DNA of 61,154 bases, counting the filler, from Nemertoderma westbladi (taxonomy: Eukaryota > Animalia > Xenacoelomorpha): NCBI GenBank assembly GCA_032718475.1. It is 3 parts of 3 records of this genome, joined end to end, with 100 filler letters (N's around TTAATTAATTAA, not from the genome) between each part and the next. Parts side by side here need not be neighbours in the genome. Positions count along the whole stretch, not along the records: positions 28,556 to 44,836 come from JAUCBJ010008046.1; positions 44,937 to 61,154 come from JAUCBJ010000325.1; 1 more part is not named here. One strand, 5' to 3'. Both the position numbers and the translations under genes were made by a program. Position 1 is the first letter of the stretch, and the number at the start of each line of letters is the position of its first letter. Below the pieces are notes generated by a model. It did not search any database, was not told where the DNA came from, and saw nothing but the letters and a program-made list of their open reading frames with translations. Below are positions 37,805 to 49,465 of the stretch, in pieces.

Positions 37805-38682
37805 GCAGTTTCATATTTACATTTGTAGAGCTCAATAATGTCGTGTGCCATTTCAAGTGATGATGATCGTGACCTGAGATGCAGAGAGGCGCTGTTCACG
37901 GGAGACATAAGAAATTTAGTGCTGTCAAACAGGTGTTCTCTTAGTTTATGTTGAATATCTATTGCAAACTTTGCAACTATGGCCGCACCATCCTTTCTTG
38001 GTCGCATAGCAGCGTCATGCAGGATAGAGTAGGGCTTAATTAGGGATAGTGGTGTGTTGTCTTCATCCACGTTCGCTACACTGTGGGGATTGTATGGGGG
38101 GGATAATGTCTGACTATATATCAGAGGGATATCACTGGGTGCTGTATTATGGAATTCATCTATTATGTTTACCGATTTCAGAGTACTTTCCAGCCATGAG
38201 CGTAGTTTTACACTATTAGTGTGTACTGATTGTAATCGTGTAGAATCGGTAGTCTTGGCAAGGGCATATAGACAAAGATAGGCCCCACAGTCATAGCTGT
38301 TCCTCTGTCCTGGGAATTGTCGTCTGTGGTTGATGTCAACCTGCCACTGCTGGTTGCATCCTGATGTATCATTAGTACTGCTGATTAAGTTTAGTATATT
38401 ACATATAATGTGAGTTTTATCTGTTGTTGCTTTCACCTTGGTGAGACTGCACATTGTATAGACTTTTCGAAGCGGGACGTTGGCTACATGCAGAACAAAG
38501 TGGTGCTTGCCACAGTCTGGGAAGAACAGAAGCTTCTTTGATTCAATACTGCAGATGGACGTGATGTACCTGATGGCACTAGCCAAGTCAAAATTATCTT
38601 GTATCAGAATTTCACTGCAGAGTGACGAGTCTATGCATGCTATATGGGGAAATTTTCTTTCTAATATTAGTTCTAGAACTGC
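37792..38682 (-). CDS. LINE ORF1, N-terminal part with Ulp1/C48 (SUMO protease-like) domain
   Basis: LLFFP...HHFVLHV (His), YTMCSL (YDSL position, Asp replaced), PGQRNSYDCGAYLCLYA (Gln/Cys), LRSWL; frame open up to 38682. Confidence 0.78.
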   Translation of the reverse strand, partial: AVLELILERKFPHIACIDSSLCSEILIQDNFDLASAIRYITSICSIESKKLLFFPDCGKHHFVLHVANVPLRKVYTMCSLTKVKATTDKTHIICNILNLISSTNDTSGCNQQWQVDINHRRQFPGQRNSYDCGAYLCLYALAKTTDSTRLQSVHTNSVKLRSWLESTLKSVNIIDEFHNTAPSDIPLIYSQTLSPPYNPHSVANVDEDNTPLSLIKPYSILHDAAMRPRKDGAAIVAKFAIDIQHKLREHLFDSTKFLMSPVNSASLHLRSRSSSLEMAHDIIELYKCKYETAKKG

Positions 38683-40364
38683 CTAGCAGCAGTTATGGTA
38701 GTGCTGAACTCTCATTGGTAACTACCGGCACCGGCATTCTTGCGCCCTATTGGCTGTTCTATTCTCACAATGTTTATATAGTCAATGTTCGTTCCATTAT
38801 TTTCAGGCATAACCTTACAACATATTAAGCCCGTTACGAGTCATGTAACTTGCAGGACTCGTGATATTTCACCTTGCAACATGCATTGTATCTTGTTGCA
38901 TACTTGTTGCTTGCTTGCATGTTGCTTGTTGCGTGCATTTATTGTTAGTTATTATTATTGCTTTACTTTGTTGATGAATATACAAGACCAGAGATCATAC
39001 CAACTCGATTTCCACACGGTTAGTGCTAACTGCGCTCTGTCTGTAATAGATTCGGTTCATTTAGTGCGAGTGTGTGCGTCCACAGTAGTGCAATATTATT
39101 CCCCAACTACAGTACAAGACTCAAAGACCCGTGTCTTTTGCAAATAATAGTCAACATTTTCAAATAATAGTGTAAAACCAACTATTGCTTTCTATGGCCT
39201 TTGACTTTTATTTTACATATTTGCCTTTTAAAGTCAAATCAAGCAGCACCATTTGACCTCACTTTGTCTTTTCTTTGGCAGTTTTGAATTTTTTCGGATT
39301 TGACTTTTTACCAGGATTTGCCTTTTTAGTCAAATCTCGCCTCCAGCGCACAGTAGGAGAGGAATCTGTTTACAGTCTAAACTCTAGCTAGCTAGACAGG
39401 AGTAACCAAGGATTAGGAATACTAATGAGGCTGTCTAATGAAGTTAGGACAATAAAGGGTGTCTTTACACGCTTTACCTTTATTATATGAATTGTTAAAC
39501 TTTTAGTTCGATAAACCAAATTGTTGTCTTGTCATGTCAGGTGGGTTGCAGCATAGGATTATTGTATTCAAGGTAGTTTAGTTAGTAGCCAAGCCATACA
39601 CTACAGTAGGTACTTTTTATTTGTTATGAAGCTTCGTGCAGTCGGGGTTCGTTTCAACTTCCAACTGACATAATAGGGGTAATTACATTCCTTCAGTCAG
39701 TGCCAGTGATTGACATACATATTATTTTTAATGGATGGGGAATTTTTCTGAAAGATTCCAATGAAACCTAATTAATAATTTCCCTTTGGCTATGTATTAA
39801 TTGCTATTGGCTTTTAATGGCTGTAGGCAGACCCAAGTGTAAAGCAAAAGCAACACCCTGTGACAATTTACATGAACAACAAAACATCTCAGTGGGATAC
39901 TGCAATACTGGTCAGCCGGTACCATACACTGCAGACATGCCATATCATGTAATCTAATTAAACATGGCCCCGGCAACCCTTGCGGTGATTATAGTTTAGG
40001 CCTACGCCTAATTCAGTAATTAGCCCAGTACCGGTAATAATACTATAATAGTTTAGATAGTTACCGCTAATCATTCAGTCATTGGCACGGTACACCGTAT
40101 TGCTGTACTGCCGTTGTAGTGCGCACCGTAGGTACCACCCTACTACCGGTACCGGCTGACCGGTGGCAACCAGCACTTCAGCACTTGCACAGCAACAGCA
40201 CGACCGGCGATACACAGGATGGAATTTATGTAGAGTTTGCTCAACAGTACAGGTATAAAACAGTTAACTAATTTATCTATATTACTATTGACAAGTATTG
40301 AAATATATACCGTTATTCGTGCTATCAGTATTTGCAACATCTGACATTGAAGAGATGAGAGAAG

Positions 40365-40665
40365 ATGAATACCGGCACTCAACAAAACCAACGCTTATCA
40401 CAGGTCGGTATGGTTACCTCGAAACCGGCGCGACTGTCCACTCGAATACAACTTCAAAACACAAACGCCAACAATAAACTGAAAGCGAAAAGGAAGCCGG
40501 AACCACGGGAATGGACCACAGCTAAGATTGAATGCTCCCATTGTCAGAGTTCCTGGACCGAAATTGAAACACCAATTGCCAATGGGCTTGATCTCTCAAA
40601 CCAAAACTTCCTCTGCGGGGTTTGCGCGGCAGTAAAGATTGAAAGTCTGGAAGCTGGCATCCCTA
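40365..40665 (+). mobile_element. Possible LINE ORF1 5' fragment with zinc finger
   Basis: IECSHC...FLCGVC pair followed by KIESLE coiled-coil start; ends abruptly. Confidence 0.35.
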
Positions 40666-41145
40666 GGTATTATTATTATAAAGAGCGTCAGCCTGCGTTT
40701 AATAAATATATTTTAATACAAAACAGGTCGAACGTAAAGAGGCTTATAATGAAGACGAGTACTGCATTTATTATATTCCTATAAACCACCTGCAGACCTG
40801 GCTTTGCATATTGAACGTGCGTTTGGAAATAAGTTCGTGCTAACCTTCCGTGGGTGGTAGATGTCGCGGTTATGTATTGGTGGGTGGGGGGAGGGGGGGG
40901 GGGGGGGGGCAGGTTAAAAGGGGTGAACACGTACTGTCCCCCTGTCTTTGATTAATTGTTTGTGTGGGTTAATCTCTCATAACCTGCTTTTGTGATACAG
41001 TCACACAATTTTAATTTGTATCTCATAACTGCTGGCCTCGTGCTGCGCGAAGGCCCCACGAACGTGTACAGTATGTTAAGCTGCTCATTGGAACATGCGG
41101 TTTATGGCTATTCATTCTGAACGGGAGGAAAATTTCCCAGATACT

Positions 41146-41692
41146 TTAATAATAATAACAAGTAGTAGAAGTAGAAGATCTTCTGTTGTAAATGAGGCAT
41201 CCTATCCACAAATCACCAATTCTGCACTCAATGCCTCCACCCCTTTCAAGACACTCGAATATGTGTGATTTGTATACACCTATACATTGAATAATACTAC
41301 TACTATGATCGGCATGCTGCATTGGAGCTGCATTTTTAAGAATGCTGTGCCGGCTTGTCGACAAAATTGCGCCGCCACAACTCCCTATCACCCATGACAT
41401 TTGCTAGATCATCCGCATTTTCAAGGCCAGTGTCCTTTAAGATGCGTCTCAAGAAAGTCATGGGCTGCCCACCATGCTTATTCACTCCATGAGGCTGCCA
41501 GAGTACAAGATTATGCACTGGCTGGTCCTCACGGCGAAAGCAATGTCCTGCAAAGCGGAGGCGATTTTGTTCTAGTGTCAAGCTTGGAGGAACCAAGGAG
41601 ACACCTCAAATATTATATAGTGTCTGGTTGGAGATGTGTGCATTGTACTTGACACAATGAACCCGGCGTAGCATTCTTGTGAATGTGCCATC
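41146..41692 (-). mobile_element. RTE-like LINE 3' fragment with tail
   Basis: FTRMLRRV, QNRLRFAGHCFR, LVLWQP, DRELWR motifs; (CTA/TTA)n tail; near-identical copy at 50745-51060. Confidence 0.82.
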
Positions 41693-42640
41693 CTGTTCGC
41701 GCTTTTAGACTCTTAGCAGTTTAACCTGCCAATTTTAGGTGTCTTTTAATTTACGAATTGACTTTAGCCTATGAAACTATTTAGTACACATAAAGTAACA
41801 TTAGCCGAAACCAATCTATGCGCGACCATTCACCCACTGTTAAGGGAGACTGGATTCGGATGCTATGATCTTATTGCGGTGTAGACTTACTGTATTATTC
41901 GATTACGAGTTACTATAATATCTCTGACAAATAATATTTACACTAATACACTAAACACAACAGGATGGCTAATGATTTTCGTATAAAGCGCATTCTTTAG
42001 GAAATGCTTCGTTATCTGTCACACTCATGCACACTACCGCATACTGCTGCACACTGATCTGCCGACAGTCACTTAATTTGATCATATATACGGAGAATAG
42101 CAACTGAAACATGTAGGGGCTATGAAATAGCATTTAATCCACACAAAACCACTATAATGTAAGTCGCAATTGCTACAGGTAACCTTTCCTCTAACCTTCA
42201 GTAATCAATAAGATTGGGGTTTTATGATTCTTTATCGGTGTTCTCCAAATATAACAATATCCATCAACATATATGACAATTAATAACCGACAGTAAAATA
42301 ATGTGTGGTATGTGTTGCGGATTTGATATGAGTTGATATGACCATTTGTTTGATAACAGTTATACGTTCCTATAATCATAGCCGTCTAATGTTTGGCTAA
42401 AGTCTGAAACTCAGAACAATTCCAAAGCCGATGTTCTGGGCTCAGGAAGGTAAACCAACACACTGAACACAGTGGGCCTTTGTAGGCATCTTTCAATGCA
42501 AAGAGAAATAACTCTCATTGGCTGAGCTCCAGATTCTTCAGATTCCACGAATGTCTAAATGCCGAACTATTCGGTTTTTTTCAGGCCCTCTCCAACACAA
42601 GGCGAAATCGCTCTGATTGGTTGGTAGAACAGAACAAAGA
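41693..42640. repeat. ~900-bp dispersed non-coding repeat, copy 1
   Basis: CTGTTCGCGCTTTT...TTAGCAGTTTAACCTGCCAA, CGCATTCTTTAGGAAATGCTT and AAATCGCTCTGATTGG are co-linear with 47727-48665. Confidence 0.8.
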
Positions 42641-42859
42641 GGCTATGTTACGGTATATGGCGCTGTATCCATAATATTAGTCATCATGCAGTATGCAATA
42701 TTAGTCCGTCATGCAGTATGCAATATTAGTCCGTTATACTGTACGTAATATTAGTCCGTTGTGCAGCATGATATTTTAGATAAGGCATAATAACGCAGTG
42801 GTATTTAGGTAGGGAAATCAAAACGCCCATATATTTGAAACCATCCATTTTGTATAGTA

Positions 42860-44836
42860 TGTAGCCCTACCTACGTAATTTTGTATTAGGTTATATGTAG
42901 ATAGTTCCAGGGTAAGTTTATTCGGACCCTGGATTCAGTGCTTGCTGATATTAGCTTTAGTAGGGCTAGCATATAGGGACGCTGTCCTGGCCATTCAGCA
43001 GCCAGAGACGTGAACCATTACCATATATGGTAATAATTCGAGGAAGGGAAGCAAATAGGGCTACAATCCGGCCTCCTTATTGGACTAGCTGCTTCCAGGT
43101 TGGTCTAGTGCTAGCACGGACTGGAGAGCCAATAGGAGAGCGATTGAGTCACCCTATTGCATCATCCCATCCGGATCACCTATAAATTGGCGGTGTGCCG
43201 GTAAAGCCTCATCTTCTACTCATCACATGACACCTAGCCCTAGCACCTGTCTTGCTGTTTTTTCTTGATATTTTTCTGCAATTTGCTAATTTGATTAATT
43301 TTCGTGAAATGATTTGCTAGTGCGATTACTTGCTTGTGTTTCTCAATAATTCCTTTGATTGCTGCTAATTACAATTGAACTATGATTTCTACCTTTGATT
43401 AATGGTTCTATGTGATTCTTTCTGCGCAATAATCCTAAGGGATTCTGAGACTGTCAGACTTTGTGATTTGCATGCGCCGCTACGGTAGCTATTAGCGTCA
43501 TGGAGAGCTAAGGTGCCAGTGGGCGGTGGGCGCATCGGGGGGTTGAGCGACTAGGAGAGAGCGGAGGATTCAAAGCGAGCAACGCTGGCCAGGGTCACCG
43601 TTGCGGGCGGGTAACTTGCACTGCGGCACGCAGACCGATCGCCGGTACAGCAAATTAGGGGGCTGATGATCCAGATTTTGTCTCTATTTAGTATTAGGGG
43701 GGCAGGAATTGGGTTAGTTAGGAGTCCTAGATGTACCTGGGAGAGGCCTGCGCGTATTACAACGTTGAGTGTGGAGTACGAGTAGTGAATTGCACAATTG
43801 TAAACTGTGATTTCTAACGCTGATTGGTGTGTTATTGAAGTGTGCCTAAGATTACGAATGCTTAGATAGGCGCTCTTTTCCTTTGATTGATTTCTATTTC
43901 TTAGTTACGATAATTAGTTATTGATTAGGTCAAAGTAATACGGCAAATTAGGCTATTACTATCGAAACCTGTTGCGTGATAAATTAGAATTACGTATTCT
44001 GGAACTCTTAGTAATTAGTACGCTGTTAAATATTTGTGACTGTAATTAATTAGTAAAAAATTAAGAATTAGTACGCAGCATAGCGGAGAGTAGCTAAGGT
44101 AATAATTAGTGTACTGTAAACTATTCACGCTGAGCGGTTATTTGCATTAGCGGGCAATCAGCTAGAACGCACTATTCGGTACGCACGATACGCTAGTAAT
44201 TTTGCTGGCCTAAAGCCAGTCGCGGGCAGTTTTAGACCCGGGGTGGTATTATCCACGTAGAAACAGATACTGTACCGTTTTGATATTTTAAATATTCTCG
44301 CATTCACACATTACGTTAGGGAACCTCCAGTATTCGCGATTAGAAAGACGTAGATAATAGCGTGCTTTAATAAGTGATAGAATTAGGCGTAAGAATACTC
44401 TGAGTGCAAGGCCTCTCGCACTCGTCTTAAGTAAGCTTAGGGAGCCGACTCGGGTTTATTGTTTTGGTTATTCCCGCGTGGCTCATAGATTCGAACAGTT
44501 AGCTCTCTATCGAGCAATCGGTAGAGAAAGGAACAAGCGATTTTGCAGGAGTTGTGTAAAATTAGTAAAATATATTAGTGGACGGCAGATTAGCGCCATC
44601 TAACGGTAAGTAGCGGTTTTGTATTTAGCAACCCTTACAATTTAGTAATAGCACGCTCCTGATCCCCTTTACTTAACAGTAGAGCAGTCTTTGTGTCTTA
44701 TTGGTTAGGCGGGAACTTATTAGGTTGGCAGAGAAGTATACCAGTATTTGTCTGTTCAACAGTTCTGCTGTTAGTATAGAGGTCGCGGTTGTTTATCAGT
44801 AATACGCGTATATTGCTTTGCTGTACTGCGTATAGT
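42860..44836 (+). mobile_element. Possible 5' LTR and leader of an LTR retrotransposon
   Basis: Starts TGTAG; CCAAT 43129-43133 and TATAAAT 43181-43187; long ORF-free leader to contig end; no PBS or second LTR confirmed. Confidence 0.3.
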
Positions 44837-44936
44837 NNNNNNNNNNNNNNNNNNNNNNNNNNNNNNNNNNNNNNNNNNNNTTAATTAATTAANNNNNNNN
44901 NNNNNNNNNNNNNNNNNNNNNNNNNNNNNNNNNNNN
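44837..44936. other. Artificial contig linker
   Basis: N44-TTAATTAATTAA-N44, identical to the first linker. Confidence 0.97.
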
Positions 44937-45397
44937 GTTCCCTTGAGCTGCTGAACAGTCTCTTCCATTTCCCTGACCTGCTGAGAGGAGCACAAACAGT
45001 GTTCCCTCAGCTGCTCGAGCAGGAGACCCATCTCCCGTCGTCCCTCAGCTACCCACTCAACCGCCGAAGCGGGAGTCGCCAACGTAGTAGCGGGCGAGCG
45101 AGAGACGACGGGCGATAAATTCTTGATATCTCGCTCGGCGTCCAGGACGGGTTCGGACTCGGGAACAGTCCTATTGGGCACAGGTAGTCTTCTGGTTTGT
45201 TTCTTCAAGTAATCTTGTTTCGCTTGAAGGTTTTCCAGCTCTAGTTGGATAGTCGCTTCAGACGTCTTCCGTTCTGCTTCTGCCACTGCCTCTGCCGCTT
45301 TTCTGTCTTCTCTCCTTTCAAGACACTGTCCAAGTCGACGACTCATTCTAAAACCCTCTAAGAGACTATCTGACAATGTTTGTGTTGTGTCAGACAT
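44937..45397 (-). CDS. Coiled-coil ORF, probably retrotransposon gag/ORF1 N-terminus (partial)
   Basis: E/R/A-rich helical segment (RKAAEAVAEAERK...LELENLQAKQ); intronless, long repetitive leader; runs off the contig. Confidence 0.4.
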
Positions 45398-46767
45398 GTT
45401 TGATTGTACAGTCGAATGCCTACTGCTATATTACAGTTAAAGCAAGTCTAGTAATTCAGTATCACTGTTAGCCTAATAATTAATTACCGATACTGCTACT
45501 CAGTGTAGCGTGATATATATATAATATATTAGAATACCGGTATGCTTATAATATATATATAAGTATTATTACAGACTAGATTTGTCACAGAGTACCGGTA
45601 TATAATTTTAGCACAAATATATATAAATATATAATAGGCCTATCGTGAATACCGGTATACAGCTGACACTTATAGTATATATAAGTATAATTATTACTAG
45701 AATTAATTACAGAATACCGGTATGGTTTCAGCTCAAATTTATAGAAATAAATATAATAAGCCTATGGTAAATACCAGTATGTCAATTATTTTAGAATAAT
45801 TGAATTTCTGAATATTTTAGGGTTACTTGGTTACTTTAACTTACTTTATTACCGTTATTTAAGCAGTAGTCCAACTGATATTGAGACCTAGTTGTTGTAT
45901 GGCAGGCCTACTATTTATAAATCGTTTGAGTTGATTTATAATATTTATATACCCGTTTAAAATGGGTTTTTGTCAATATTTGAAATAAATGTTATTATTT
46001 CTGGGGGAGTCACTACACAGAAGCTGAACGCCTCTCAGTGAAGTGCTATTTATTTGACACTAAAACTGATAATTCTAATTTACCTAAGTTACTTAATACT
46101 ACAAATTACTTACGATACGGGTGAGATTAATTCTCTAATTAAACACAACAAAATATTACGTACGAAATTTTTAGGGTAATTTTACAGGAAGTCTACAAAC
46201 CAGCCTAACAAAGGGTTAGATTTCTGGTTATTACAAAGGACAGGGTACTACGGTATTTAAATAATAAGTAGTAGTAAATATATTGTACTGTCCAGATAGG
46301 AAAATACCACCGCCTGACGACCTATAACCGTATCGCTATAGGTACTACGTTATGTATCACGGATTGTTCCTACCCAGAAGCTAATAGAGCTAACGAATGT
46401 GCCTATCAACCACTTTACAACACAAATATACTGCCTACACTAATTACTTCGGAAAGCACTGTACACTAAACCCTAAATTAGGTACAAGTACCGGTACAAC
46501 AAATAATCAGTAGTTAAATATACTTGAACAGTTAAAAGAACCACGGCATCTGCTGGAGTGACCGAAGCACAAAATCTCCAGTCTTTACCTACGCCGAGCA
46601 GCCCTGATGTAGTACCGGAGTTAATTTAACTATAACGGTATGTATAACAAGCACAATTACTGTAGGAATAAACTTGGGGACATGAATGTTGCGAATAATC
46701 GCATAAACTCTGACTAATAAATATTACGCTACCCGTACAGAGTACCCAAACAAAAATACAAACCAAA

Positions 46768-47232
46768 CGCTGGCAGACTACTATCAAGCCTAAATAAACT
46801 ACAGTATATGCAGATTCTGAAACTGTTAGTTAGTATGCGTTCTAACACGGTAGTACGACTTATTCTTTAAGAGGGGATTGACCTTCAGCATATGGCTGCC
46901 CCAACTTACTAACGGCACTTTATCAGACCAACTCTACACACGCAGCAATCCCTTCAGACCTAAAAATAGCTAGACAACAATCCAGCCTACAAATATTTGA
47001 GTAATAACTATTACGGTACCTGAACAGACCACACAAACAAACACAGGCTAAAACACTGGCAGACTACGATCAAGCCTAAATAAACTACAGTATATGCAGA
47101 TTCTGAAACTGTTAGTTAGTATGCGTTCTAACACGGTAGTACGACTTATTCTTTAAGAGGGGATTGACCTTCAGCATATGGCTGCCCCAACTTACTAACG
47201 GCACTTTATCAGACAAACTCTACACACGCCGT
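46768..47232. repeat. Near-identical ~170-bp direct repeat, period ~287 bp
   Basis: CTGGCAGACTAC...GGCACTTTATCAGAC at ~46770-46928 and ~47056-47214. Confidence 0.92.
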
Positions 47233-47726
47233 AATCTCTCCAAACTCAACAACAGTCAGACAGCAGCTCAGCCTACAATTATCTGAACAATCTGAGCAGG
47301 GTCACACGCCTTCTGCTCAATATTAGCCTACTAGTAAATAAAACCGACAGAAATAAGTAAACTATACAAAAGAATGAGGGGTGATCAATCCCTATTCCCC
47401 TGGCAGCCTACAATATACAATAGATCACAATCGAAATAATACTAAATGTACTTGTACAGCAGTACCGGTACCGGTGATGACAGTTAGGCCTACTGACCTA
47501 CAGAAGCACCGGTTCAGTTTTACCAGTCACTACGGTATTTTGCAACCCTATTGCCTACTGCAATAAGATTATAACTGTTACTGTTCGACAGAACAGTATT
47601 AAACTGTATTTAATGATTACACTGCAATACAAATTAACTGTTACTGTTCGCCAGAACAGTATTAAACTGTATTTAATGCCTACACTTGCAACCTTATTGC
47701 CTACTGCAATAAGATTATAACTGTTA

Positions 47727-48665
47727 CTGTTCGCGCTTTTGAAGACCTTTAGCAGTTTAACCTGCCAAAATTTATATGTCTTTTAGTTAATTAACACACC
47801 TTTAGCATACGACAATATTTTATGCTAATAAACAAAACATTAGCCGAAGCCAGCCCATGCGCGATCATTCACCCGATGGATCTACACCCGGGAGGCTGAA
47901 TTCGGATGCTTAGATTTTATTATTGCAGTGTAAGGTTGCAGTGTAAACCTATTGTATTATTCGATAGATCACTAATAATTAATTTCTGACAGATATTATT
48001 AACTTTCGGGAAATATTAACAGTTCCTTTAGGACGTGGCGCTCTATCTATTTAAACAGAGCTAGGACTTATACTAAACGCAACGATAAGGCTTATGATTA
48101 AAGTATAAGTCGCATTCTTTAGGAAATGCTTTGTTACCAGTCACATCACACTCACAATCATGCACACTATTCTGCCGACCGTCAGTATATTTGATCACAC
48201 ATAAAGAGAACAGCAATTGACTCAGGTAGTGTCTACTAAATAACATTAGATTCAATACACACCACATTGATATAAATCGCAATTGTTATATATAGCCCGC
48301 CTCTCTAACCTGTAGTGTATCAAGAAAATTGGGAATTTTGGGTGATTTATCCGTATTCTCCAAAGAGCAATATTTCCATCAACAAATAGATACAATTAAT
48401 AACTGACGGTAAATAGCAGTACAAACAATATGATTAGTGCAGTTAAATTAAGTGAGGTAACACCGCCGCCGGTAACAGTTATACTTTCTATAATCTAAGC
48501 AGTTTACTAGAGTTCTTACCAAAAAGCCGGTGTTTCTGGCTTGGACAGCAATAACAACAAAGTATCAAGTAAGGCAGTAAGACTGAACACTCTCCTTATG
48601 ATCGGCTGAAAAGCTACACGTCGACAGGAAAAATCGCTCTGATTGGCTCAAGCCAAACAAAGAAC
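47727..48665. repeat. ~900-bp dispersed non-coding repeat, copy 2
   Basis: Co-linear with 41693-42640 on a different contig. Confidence 0.8.
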
Positions 48666-48844
48666 CATGCATCCAATGGCTGTTTCCATGTCAGCAACCA
48701 GCTGTTAGATGTCGTAATATGAATCATCACGGCTAAGCTGTGAAAGGTAGTTGGTGCATTACAGGTTTTTTGCCTTACCATGTCCGCCAAAACACGTATA
48801 TAGCAGAATGACTTTTATGTCCGTTAAAACACCTGTAACGGTAC

Positions 48845-49298
48845 CTTGCGGGCGAGGGGAATATATATACAGTTAGAGAACCTTTTTAGAGTATTCCAGC
48901 GCCTGGGGGAAACTGGATTGCGAAGCAAAAAGGGGCCAGTTATATCCCACAGAAGCTTTTACAACAGTATTTAATGCTGCCTTCCCTATAGAGAAAATAA
49001 AATCCATCTAAACCTTGGCTTACAGACAGTCTGTTAAAATCAATACACAAACGAGACCGTATCTTCGGAAAGCACATTAAACACACCCAACCCCAACCAA
49101 GCTAAAAGCATTTAAGACTTATCGTAATGCACTAGAAACTTTTGCCAAACAACATGTGTACCAAGTTTGGATAGATTTCATCAAAGATTGGCCGAGTTAT
49201 TAACGTTTAAAATTGAACGCGACAGAACGACAGAACGACAGGTTGATTAATGGTACCACTACGCTAAGGCTCACTCACTTCGTGGCTCGCCCCACATT
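48845..49298 (+). mobile_element. DINE-1/HINE-like non-autonomous element
   Basis: Short inverted GGGCGAG (48850) / CTCGCCC (49286); CATGTGTACCAAGTTTGG core; (GACAGAAC)n microsatellite; end motif shared with ~10965-10990. Confidence 0.55.
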
Positions 49299-49465
49299 AA
49301 ACTGCCCTTCATACTGTCTGATGGTTCTGCTGATTACAGGATTACCTTAGTATTTCAGTACCGGTACCCAACCACCAATGACCAACAGTTGATAATAGGC
49401 CCTACCGGATCTTCTACAAAATTGAGGTACTGGCCATTGTCGGATTGTCACTCAGTCCTGCAGTG

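Larger units (their letters stand above)
33685..38850 (-). mobile_element. Near full-length degenerate APE-RT LINE (RTEX/CR1-like organisation) with protease-bearing ORF1
   Basis: Co-linear Ulp1-like domain, coiled coil, FWPQGITCIDW ORF1 end, APE endonuclease and RT; several frameshifts and stops; 5' boundary approximate; 3' end missing. Confidence 0.88.

Noticed and set aside
37792-38682. Protease domain as the Polinton's adenain
   Set aside because: It lies ~4 kb beyond the Polinton terminus on the far side of LINE ORF2, joins LINE ORF1 by one frameshift, and has a Ulp1-type QxNxxDCG motif.
44885-44936. ORF extension through the N run
   Set aside because: Artefact of the linker; the ORF is simply cut by the contig end at 44937.
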